Shown here in pieces: positions 8,929 through 16,827 of a stretch of 28,827 nt of DNA (positions are counted from its first letter, which is position 1; the number at the start of each line of letters is the position of its first letter). The notes beneath the pieces were generated by a model. The model worked only from the letters and a program-made list of their open reading frames with translations, was not told the DNA's origin and did not search any database. The position numbers were made by a program, and so were the translations under genes. The stretch spans positions 1 to 28,827 of the forward strand of contig DAOWNM010000001.1 of NCBI GenBank assembly GCA_030642565.1. Reading direction: 5' to 3'. Origin of the DNA: Bacteroidota bacterium (GTDB lineage: Bacteria; Bacteroidota; Bacteroidia; Bacteroidales; GCA-2748055).

Positions 8929-9894
8929 TCAGTTTATATCAAATGAAGGATCGGCGTTGGAGAGCATGTCGATCATATGCTCAAACTCTTTAGCCGACAG
9001 GTCGTTGGCATAATAGTTTATGGGATCGACAGGGCGGCCGTTCACATGAACCTCGTAGTGGAGATGGGGCGATTTGGAGAGCCCGGTACTTCCCACCCTG
9101 GCAATTACCTCTCCCCTTTTAACCTGCTGCCCGGCCTCCACGAGAATCTTATCGCAATGGCCATACAGCGTGCGGTAACCATATCCGTGATCGAGCAGTA
9201 CCTTTTTTCCGAAGCCCCCGGCCCTGTAACCCGCCTGGAGCACCTCTCCATCTGCAGTAGCATAGATATTGGTTCCCCGGGGTGCGGTCAGGTCAATTCC
9301 TTGATGGGGCCTGACCACCTTCAGGATGGGATGCATCCGTGTTCCAAAAGAGGATCCGAACCTAACCAGATCTTTCATCCCTATGGGCTGAATAGCGGGT
9401 CGTGCTGCCATCCACTCCTCCTTGGTCCAGGCCAGATCGATCACTTCATCAAAGGAGGTGGATTGCATCACCAGTTTTCGTTCGATCTGGTCAATATTGA
9501 GGTAGGTTTCTCGCAGAAGATCTGCATATTTGTGCTGCTGAAGCCAGCTATATTTTTGCGATCCCCCCACACCCACACTCCTGATAGACCATGGCTGCAC
9601 CCCGAAATAGACCCGGTAGATATTATCATCATTAAAAGCCACCTGATCAAGAGTGCTCTTGTAGTGTTCAAAATCCCTGTTCATCAGGTTCAGTTCATAG
9701 GTTATCCTCTGCTGGGTGACCTCAAGATTTTCAATTTGGGGCGATTGCATATACTGGTCCCTGATAAACAGAAGTGCGATGGAAATGGAGAGAGAGAGTC
9801 CTAAAAAAGCCAGGAAGTGCAAATATTTCTGCCTCTGGCTGAGTTCAATCTTCTGGTAGGACAGTGTTTGGGGGTTAAAACAGAATCTCTCCAT
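8929..9894 (-). CDS. M23 family metallopeptidase (paralog 1)
   Basis: TM + coiled coil + M23 domain: HQGID, TLYGHC, PHLHYEV. ATG 9894 preferred. Confidence 0.93.
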   Translation of the reverse strand: MERFCFNPQTLSYQKIELSQRQKYLHFLAFLGLSLSISIALLFIRDQYMQSPQIENLEVTQQRITYELNLMNRDFEHYKSTLDQVAFNDDNIYRVYFGVQPWSIRSVGVGGSQKYSWLQQHKYADLLRETYLNIDQIERKLVMQSTSFDEVIDLAWTKEEWMAARPAIQPIGMKDLVRFGSSFGTRMHPILKVVRPHQGIDLTAPRGTNIYATADGEVLQAGYRAGGFGKKVLLDHGYGYRTLYGHCDKILVEAGQQVKRGEVIARVGSTGLSKSPHLHYEVHVNGRPVDPINYYANDLSAKEFEHMIDMLSNADPSFDIN

Positions 9895-9921
9895 ACTGGT
9901 GCAATATACCAAAAAAGTGTA

Positions 9922-10884
9922 TTAATCAAAAGACTGTCCTGACATCATCGAGATTTCAATCAGCCGGTCATATTCACCGGGCGAAAGCTCCAGGAAAAAA
10001 TAGTTTATAGGGTTCATCGGTTCACCGTTCAGGTGCACCTCATAATGAAGGTGGGGTGCCACACTCAGGCCGGTATTGCCCACCGTGCCGATCAGATCGC
10101 CCCGCTTCACCCGCTCTCCCTGCCTCACATTCAGATCGTCCATGCATGCATAGAGGGTGCGGTAACCAAAGCCATGGTCGATCAGAATCTGGTTTCCCAG
10201 TCCACGTGCCGAACGGGTTACGGTCCGCACCAGTCCATCTCCCGTAGCATAAACGGGAGTACCCACAGGGGCAGAAAAATCGATCCCGTTGTGCATTTTG
10301 AGAATCTTATAGATGGGATGAATGCGGTGACCAAAACCTGAAGCGATCAGGGTCAGGTCGTGGTTCTCGATAGGCTGGATAGCCGGAATGGCCGGAAGCA
10401 TCTCATTGCGGTTCTCCCCCTTGATCATCAATATATCATACATGGATTCGGTCTGGTTCAAATGGCCGATCATGGAATCCAGTTTCCGTGCTGAGGTAGT
10501 GACAATCTCCTCATCCGGGGTCCTCAGAAGGTTCTGATAGGTCAATCCGGTAGCCTTGCTCTCACCCGGTTGTACCGGTTCTGTCTCAAAGATCACACGG
10601 TATATATCCCGATCGATCTGCTCCACCTCCTGCATCACAGTATCGACCATCTGCTTTCTCTCGCTGAGTACCTCGTACTGCTCCAGCAACATCTCATTCT
10701 CCCTGCGAATCTGTCGCTCCCTGGGCGTATCAAAAAAAAGTGAATAGACCACATTAAGCAAAACAGCGATCACCACCACTGCTGCCACATAAATAACTAT
10801 GCGCCATATACGTGCTCCCAGACTATTGTCCAGCTTATTGTAATTAAGATCTTCCGGGTCAAATTTAAACTGCGATTGCTCCAT
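9922..10884 (-). CDS. M23 family metallopeptidase (paralog 2; YxH His replaced by Cys)
   Basis: HNGID and PHLHYEV are intact, but TLYAC occupies the TLYAH position. Confidence 0.92.
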   Translation of the reverse strand: MEQSQFKFDPEDLNYNKLDNSLGARIWRIVIYVAAVVVIAVLLNVVYSLFFDTPRERQIRRENEMLLEQYEVLSERKQMVDTVMQEVEQIDRDIYRVIFETEPVQPGESKATGLTYQNLLRTPDEEIVTTSARKLDSMIGHLNQTESMYDILMIKGENRNEMLPAIPAIQPIENHDLTLIASGFGHRIHPIYKILKMHNGIDFSAPVGTPVYATGDGLVRTVTRSARGLGNQILIDHGFGYRTLYACMDDLNVRQGERVKRGDLIGTVGNTGLSVAPHLHYEVHLNGEPMNPINYFFLELSPGEYDRLIEISMMSGQSFD

Positions 10885-10913
10885 TCACACAAAATCGGTC
10901 CAATAATACTATG

Positions 10914-10921
10914 CAAAAATA
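10914..10921 (-). promoter_or_regulatory. Bacteroidota -7 box (TATTTTTG) upstream of M23 paralog 2
   Basis: Exact TAnnTTTG followed by CA, 29 nt before ATG 10884. Confidence 0.55.
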
Positions 10922-10925
10922 GAAA

Positions 10926-11918
10926 TTATTTCTGGCTCATGGCAACCGGCTGATACGGACCTTCGGGAAAGCTGGCCTGAGAAGCAAGCAGAGTGTACTC
11001 TTGAGAGGAGAGATTCTCGTAGAAAAAATAGGTGGGATTCACTGCCCTCCCATCTTTCCTGATTTCATAATGGAGGTGCGGACCGGTCGATCTTCCTGTG
11101 CTGCCCAAGGTCCCAAGCACCTGTCCCCGCTTCAGTTTTTGTCCCTTCTTCACATGAATATCATGCAGGTGAGCATAGCGGGAGGTATAGCCAAAACCGT
11201 GATCTACTACCACCTCTTTCCCATACCCGTGCCTGTTAAGCTGGGCCAATATCACTGTCCCTGCACCAGTACAGTGGATATCAAGTCCCACCGGACCGGC
11301 CATGTCAATACCATGATGGGCAGTACGTTTACCGTTAAAGGGATCGTTCCTGTACCCATAACTGGAGGTAAGCCAGTAAGAATCGGCAGGTGATATGGGG
11401 TTGATGGAGGGTTTGCATGCCAGGAAGTGCTGGGTATTCAGTGCCTTCTTATAGACATTCTCCAGACTGTTTGACTGGATTCTTACCTTATTTGATATCT
11501 TATCGATCCGCCGGGATACCTCCATTACCATCCCGGGCTCTCTTATCACCATCAGGTGCTGGTCGCGTACCGATCCACCTGTACCCGCACTGCGGATGGA
11601 GTTGGGAACCGGTTCCAGGTTCAGGATGGCCCTGTAGAAACGATCGTCCCTCTTTCTCAGGTCAACCAATTGCGATTCAACCTCTAGTAACTCGAAGTTG
11701 AGAGCTGCATATTCGGACCTTAACATACTGTTTTCCTGTTGATAAATAATTTGTCGAGGCGTAGGGAAAATACGCTCAAATCCATATCTCATCAAAATTG
11801 CCATGGAAATCAGACCAAAAGAGAAGAGTCCCACATAGCGGAATATCTGCCTTTGTGTTAACTTAACACGCTCATACCGAAGAGTTTCCGAGTTTATGTA
11901 GTACTTCTTCCTTAACAT
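10926..11918 (-). CDS. M23 family metallopeptidase (paralog 3)
   Basis: HHGID, SRYAHL, GPHLHYEI; start MLRKKYYINSETLRY matches the N-termini of the other paralogs (ATG 11918 preferred over 11978). Confidence 0.92.
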   Translation of the reverse strand: MLRKKYYINSETLRYERVKLTQRQIFRYVGLFSFGLISMAILMRYGFERIFPTPRQIIYQQENSMLRSEYAALNFELLEVESQLVDLRKRDDRFYRAILNLEPVPNSIRSAGTGGSVRDQHLMVIREPGMVMEVSRRIDKISNKVRIQSNSLENVYKKALNTQHFLACKPSINPISPADSYWLTSSYGYRNDPFNGKRTAHHGIDMAGPVGLDIHCTGAGTVILAQLNRHGYGKEVVVDHGFGYTSRYAHLHDIHVKKGQKLKRGQVLGTLGSTGRSTGPHLHYEIRKDGRAVNPTYFFYENLSSQEYTLLASQASFPEGPYQPVAMSQK

Positions 11919-11984
11919 CCTCTTGATTATGGGGGCTAAAAATAGAAAATGACCATTAATATCCCAAATATTAGTCAAAAAAAT

Positions 11985-11992
11985 TATTTTTG
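11985..11992 (+). promoter_or_regulatory. Bacteroidota -7 box (TATTTTTG) upstream of alaS
   Basis: Exact TAnnTTTG followed by CG, 74 nt before ATG 12067. Confidence 0.6.
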
Positions 11993-12066
11993 CGCCTCTA
12001 ATGATTTTATTTACGAAATTTACCTTCCCGGGTTACCTTTTTTTTTATCTAACAGAAAATATTTTG

Positions 12067-14697
12067 ATGACATCACAGGAGATCAGACACTCATTTTTGG
12101 AATTTTTTAAGGAGAAACAGCACCTGGTTCTCCCCTCTGCCCCCATGGTTTTAAAGAACGATCCCACATTGATGTTTACCAATGCGGGTATGAACCAGTT
12201 CAAGGACTATTTCCTGGGAACGCGCAAGCCCTCTGAACAGAGGGTAACTGATTCCCAGAAATGCCTGCGGGTTACCGGCAAGCACAACGATTTGGAGGAG
12301 GTGGGTCACGATACCTACCACCATACCATGTTCGAGATGCTGGGGAACTGGTCCTTTGGCAACTATTTCAAAAAAGAGGCGATTGGGTGGGCCTGGGAGT
12401 TCCTCACCAAAAAAATGAAGCTTGAGACCGACCGGATCTATGTCACTGTTTTCGAAGGTGATCCCAAAGACAAGGTGGAACGCGACCAGGAGTCTTACGA
12501 CCACTGGAAGGAGTATCTCCCCCCTTATCGCATTCTCGATGGCTCCAGAAAAGATAACTTCTGGGAGATGGGCGATACAGGACCGTGCGGACCCTGTTCT
12601 GAAATTCACCTGGACCTGCGCGATGAAGAGGAGCGAAAGAGGGTGCCCGGTGGCGACCTGGTCAACCGCGATCATCCGTTGGTGATCGAGATCTGGAACC
12701 TGGTATTTATCGAGTTTAACCGTAAAGCCAGCGGGGAGCTGGAGAACCTGCCTGAAAAGCATGTAGACACCGGCATGGGATTTGAACGGCTCTGCATGGC
12801 CATACAACAGAAAAAATCCAGTTACGATACCGATCTTTTTCAGCCCATTATCGGGGAGATCGCCAGACTCTCCGGTACCCCCTACGGATCGGAGCACTCC
12901 ACCGATGTGGCCATGCGTGTTGTGGCCGACCACCTGAGGGCCATCGCATTCTCCATTGCAGACGGTCAGCTTGCCTCCAATAACAAGGCAGGATATGTGA
13001 TCCGCAGGATCCTTCGAAGGGCGGTCAGGTACGGATTTACCTACCTCGACCAGAAGGAGCCCTTTATGTACACCCTGGTCCCGACCCTGGTCCGTACCAT
13101 GGGAGGTGCCTTCCCCGAACTGGAGACACAACAGGATTTGATTCAACGCGTGATCAGGGAGGAGGAGCAGTCGTTCCTCTCCACCCTCGAAACAGGAATG
13201 GGACTACTCGACCGGCTGGTGGAGAAAGCCAAAGCTGAGAAGAGCCAGACCATCCACGGAAGAGAGGTCTTTATCCTCTATGATACCTTCGGCTTTCCTC
13301 TGGACCTGACCGAACTGATCCTCTCCGAAAAGGGAATGAAGGTAAACCGGGAGGAGTTCCATAGAGAGATGGATGCCCAGAAGAACCGCTCAAGGAGAGC
13401 GGCAGAGAGTGAGTCGGGCGACTGGACAGTGCTGATGTCTGATGATACAGAGGAGTTCGTGGGGTACGAATGGCTCACCATAAATGTGAAGATTACCCGC
13501 TACCGGAAAGTGGTGGCCAAAAAACGTGAGCTGTACCACCTGGTGTTTAACCTCACCCCCTTCTATGCCGAGAGCGGCGGACAGGTTGGCGATCGCGGGA
13601 TCATCGAAAATGAGAAGGAGAAGGTGGAGATCATCGATACCCGGAAGGAGAATGAACTGATCATCCATGTGGTCAAAAAATTACCGGAAGATCCCGCTGC
13701 CACCTTCACCGCAAAAGTGAACCGGGAGCGGAGAGTCCTGACCGCCAATAACCATACAGCCACCCACCTGATGCACCATGCCCTCAGGGAGGTACTGGGC
13801 GAACATGTGGAGCAGAAGGGCTCACTGGTGGAGCCTGATTACCTGCGTTTCGACTTCAGCCATTTTCAGAAGGTAACCGACGAGGAGCTCCGAAAGGTGG
13901 AACATACGGTCAACCGGATGATCCGCCTCAACAGCGCGGCCGAAGAGCATCGCGCCCTCCCCATGAGTAAAGCTAAGGAGATGGGGGCCCTGGCCCTCTT
14001 TGGTGAAAAGTATGGCGATGCCGTCAGGGTCATCAAATTCGGCGACTCGGTGGAGCTCTGTGGCGGAACCCATGTGGCGGCCACCGGTCAGATCGGTATA
14101 TTCAGAATCTTCAGGGAGTCCTCCATTGCTGCCGGCATCCGGCGCATTGAAGCCTTCACCGGGGAGGTGGCAGAACGGTATATCGATGAACATCTGGAGA
14201 TCGTGAAGCAGATCGCAGGCTCCTTTGAGAACCAGAAAGATCTGGTCAAAGCGGTACAATCTCTCCATGATGAGCACAGTACACTGGCCAAACAGGTGGG
14301 TGGATTCCAGAAAAATATGCTGGGTGTCATCGCCAAAACCATGGAGGAGCGGATGGAGCGATTAGGTGATATCATGCTTGCCACCTCCAGGGTCGAGCTG
14401 GACAACCCGGCCCTGTTGAGGGACCTGGCATTCCAGGTACGCTCCAGGTATCCCAAGGTATGCCTGATTCTGGGTGCAGAAATTGATGGGAAGGCACACC
14501 TGGCCATCATGCTGGCCGATGTGGCCATAAAGAGTTACGGCCTCAACGCCTCCACCCTAATCCGGGAGGTTTCCGGCGAGATCCGGGGAGGGGGGGGCGG
14601 ACAACCCTTCTTTGCCACCGCAGGTGGAAAAAACCCGGCGGGCATTGATGCGGCGTTGGAGAAGGCCAGGAAGATTATAGTGGATGCTGCTAGCTGA
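12067..14697 (+). CDS. alaS: Alanine--tRNA ligase
   Basis: LMFTNAGMNQFK, HHTMFEMLGNWSFG, DTGMGFERL, editing motifs HTATHL and ELCGGTHV, C-terminal GGGGGQPFFATAGG. ATG 12067 (MTSQEIRHSFLEFF) preferred. Confidence 0.99.
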   Translation: MTSQEIRHSFLEFFKEKQHLVLPSAPMVLKNDPTLMFTNAGMNQFKDYFLGTRKPSEQRVTDSQKCLRVTGKHNDLEEVGHDTYHHTMFEMLGNWSFGNYFKKEAIGWAWEFLTKKMKLETDRIYVTVFEGDPKDKVERDQESYDHWKEYLPPYRILDGSRKDNFWEMGDTGPCGPCSEIHLDLRDEEERKRVPGGDLVNRDHPLVIEIWNLVFIEFNRKASGELENLPEKHVDTGMGFERLCMAIQQKKSSYDTDLFQPIIGEIARLSGTPYGSEHSTDVAMRVVADHLRAIAFSIADGQLASNNKAGYVIRRILRRAVRYGFTYLDQKEPFMYTLVPTLVRTMGGAFPELETQQDLIQRVIREEEQSFLSTLETGMGLLDRLVEKAKAEKSQTIHGREVFILYDTFGFPLDLTELILSEKGMKVNREEFHREMDAQKNRSRRAAESESGDWTVLMSDDTEEFVGYEWLTINVKITRYRKVVAKKRELYHLVFNLTPFYAESGGQVGDRGIIENEKEKVEIIDTRKENELIIHVVKKLPEDPAATFTAKVNRERRVLTANNHTATHLMHHALREVLGEHVEQKGSLVEPDYLRFDFSHFQKVTDEELRKVEHTVNRMIRLNSAAEEHRALPMSKAKEMGALALFGEKYGDAVRVIKFGDSVELCGGTHVAATGQIGIFRIFRESSIAAGIRRIEAFTGEVAERYIDEHLEIVKQIAGSFENQKDLVKAVQSLHDEHSTLAKQVGGFQKNMLGVIAKTMEERMERLGDIMLATSRVELDNPALLRDLAFQVRSRYPKVCLILGAEIDGKAHLAIMLADVAIKSYGLNASTLIREVSGEIRGGGGGQPFFATAGGKNPAGIDAALEKARKIIVDAAS

Positions 14698-14749
14698 TGT
14701 TATAGACACTTATTTCATCAATCAGAAAAAGTAATATTACCCTTTTCCC

Positions 14750-14766
14750 TTGCTTCTGAGAAGCAA
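14750..14766. promoter_or_regulatory. Perfect 8-1-8 inverted repeat TTGCTTCT-G-AGAAGCAA (candidate operator or hairpin)
   Basis: Seen directly, 10 nt upstream of ATG 14777; function inferred. Confidence 0.4.
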
Positions 14767-14776
14767 AGCTTTAAAT

Positions 14777-16783
14777 ATGACCAAAGAAAAAGCTGAAGAG
14801 TTACTCCGTGCAAAATTTGGATTGCCAGAATTCTACGATGAACAATGGGAAGCCATAAGCAGATTACTAAATGGGGAGCGAGTTTTAATGATCCAACGCA
14901 CTGGTTTCGGAAAATCTTTGGTTTATCAATTTGCCGGAATAGTGCTTGAAGGAACGACTGTGATTTTTTCGCCGCTGATTGCCTTAATGCGTGATCAGGT
15001 ATCTAAACTACAGGAATTAAACCTACCGGCAGCCTTCATAAATTCTACATTGAATAAGGAGGAGAAAGAGGAAATACTTCGAAAAGCAGAAAATGGGGAC
15101 TATAAGTTATTATATATCACTCCTGAAAGACAGGAAGATGAGAAATGGCATCAAGTTATTCGTAAAATGAGGTTAGGAATGGTCGTTGTGGATGAAGCAC
15201 ATTGTATTTCGGCATGGGGACATGATTTTAGGCCCTCATATCGCAGAATAGTAAATGTGGTAAAACAGCTACAAGATGATTTTCCTGTATTAGCATGTAC
15301 CGCAACGGCTACCATGCGGGTTCAACATGACATTGAAACTCAATTTGATAATTCAAAACTAACAGTCCTCAGGGGGAATCTTGGCAGAGACAACTTCAAA
15401 TTGAATGTAGTACACTGTAACAATCAGGAAGACAAAATGATTGGTGTATTGCAACTCGTAAAATCTTTGAAAGGAACAGGTATTATTTACTGCGGAACAC
15501 GAGCTGTATCTGAAACTTATTCAAACTGGCTGGATTTTAATGGAATCAATGCCACATATTACAATGCTGGATTGGACAATGAAACCAGGAAGCGAATTGA
15601 AGTTGCACTCATAAATGATGATTACAAATGCATTGTTTCCACAAATGCTCTTGGTATGGGAATGGATAAACCAAATCTTCGTTTTGTAATACATACCCAA
15701 ATTCCTACATCACCTATGCATTATTATCAGGAAATAGGTCGTGCTGGCAGAGACGATCTTCCAACGACCATTGCATTGTTTTATTCCCCACAAGACGATG
15801 ATCTACCCTTATCTTTTATTAATAACAATAGACCGCCTGTTAGAGAGTATGAGAGGTTAATCCACATCTTAAGCAAAGAACCATTAAGCAGAAACGCCAT
15901 AATAAGGGAGATAAACCTTAAACAAACTGCCGTTGCTGTGATTCTTGCCGATTTAATTGATCAACGGATTGCAACGAAGATTACGAGAGGTAATTACACA
16001 TATTATGAATTAAAGTTTAATGCTCCTGCCCTGAATACTCAGGATTTTGAAGATTTACGAAATGCAAAACTGGCTGATTATGAACAAATGAGAGGATATT
16101 TAGAAGGGAATATATGCAGGATGAACTACCTAAGGAATTATTTGGGTGATGAAACAACCGAACCCTGTAGTAAATGTGATACGGATCTAAAAAAATCATA
16201 CAGAGTGTCTGCATCAGAGGAGCAACTTGAGGTCATTGACAGGTTCAGAGAAAATTACTTCCCTGTTCTAAAATTAAAGCGCAGAACTAGTATCTTAGTT
16301 GATGGAGTAGCGGCATCCTTTTATGGTGTTACAAATGTTGGTAAAATGATTCACCATAGTAAATATGAGAATGGTGGTGATTTTCCTGATCATCTGCTAA
16401 GACTAACGCTAAGAGCATTTCGAAAACACTATCAAGCAGAACAGTTTGAGATGGTGTTGTATGTGCCATCAACAGATTCTGGAGATTTAGTTAAGAATTT
16501 TGCTGAAAAAATTGCCCGTTCTTTGAAGTTTGAAATTTCACATGGTCTGGTAAAAAAAAGACAAACAGAACCTCAGAAAGTGTTTGAATCAGTAATTGGA
16601 AAGAGGGAAAATCTGAAAGGGGCATTCACAATTACTGAGGAGGTTAAAGACAAAAAGATTTTGTTGGTTGATGACATTTATGATAGCGGTGCATCGATTA
16701 AAGAAATTGCTGATATGCTGAAATTTAAAGGGGCAGCTTTAGTTGCTCCACTGGTAATTGCAAAAACAATCGGAGGAAAGTAA
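14777..16783 (+). CDS. RecQ-family helicase fused to a C-terminal ComF-like phosphoribosyltransferase (PsyrT-like toxin)
   Basis: QRTGFGKS, SPLIALMRDQV, VVDEAHCISAWGHDFRPSY, ACTATAT, YYQEIGRAGRD, CRM...CSKCD Zn region, PRTase motif ILLVDDIYDSGAS. No HRDC domain. Confidence 0.88.
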   Translation: MTKEKAEELLRAKFGLPEFYDEQWEAISRLLNGERVLMIQRTGFGKSLVYQFAGIVLEGTTVIFSPLIALMRDQVSKLQELNLPAAFINSTLNKEEKEEILRKAENGDYKLLYITPERQEDEKWHQVIRKMRLGMVVVDEAHCISAWGHDFRPSYRRIVNVVKQLQDDFPVLACTATATMRVQHDIETQFDNSKLTVLRGNLGRDNFKLNVVHCNNQEDKMIGVLQLVKSLKGTGIIYCGTRAVSETYSNWLDFNGINATYYNAGLDNETRKRIEVALINDDYKCIVSTNALGMGMDKPNLRFVIHTQIPTSPMHYYQEIGRAGRDDLPTTIALFYSPQDDDLPLSFINNNRPPVREYERLIHILSKEPLSRNAIIREINLKQTAVAVILADLIDQRIATKITRGNYTYYELKFNAPALNTQDFEDLRNAKLADYEQMRGYLEGNICRMNYLRNYLGDETTEPCSKCDTDLKKSYRVSASEEQLEVIDRFRENYFPVLKLKRRTSILVDGVAASFYGVTNVGKMIHHSKYENGGDFPDHLLRLTLRAFRKHYQAEQFEMVLYVPSTDSGDLVKNFAEKIARSLKFEISHGLVKKRQTEPQKVFESVIGKRENLKGAFTITEEVKDKKILLVDDIYDSGASIKEIADMLKFKGAALVAPLVIAKTIGGK

Positions 16784-16827
16784 AACGAACGAATGTGATT
16801 TTCAGATAATTATAGAATTTTAAGCGG

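Noticed and set aside
8977-9804. 275-aa antisense ORF
   Set aside because: It lies fully opposite an M23 gene and has no recognisable motifs; treated as a shadow ORF.
11919-12066. Extended N-termini given by the ORF track for M23 paralog 3 and alaS (similarly RecQ 14750, symporter 19596, lysA 20140, TPR gene 23450)
   Set aside because: The extensions overlap promoter boxes or neighbouring genes and lack family similarity; downstream starts were chosen.
12151-13146. 331-aa antisense ORF in alaS (also 23582..24331 and other antisense ORFs)
   Set aside because: These are shadow frames of conserved genes in GC-rich sequence, with no motifs or plausible start context.
14585-14600. G-rich run in alaS as a phase-variable tract
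   Set aside because: It encodes the conserved GGGGGQ motif, and the frame is intact.
14777-16783. Housekeeping recQ
   Set aside because: It lacks the canonical RQC winged-helix/HRDC C-terminus, carries a PRTase domain, and has foreign composition; no gene symbol given.
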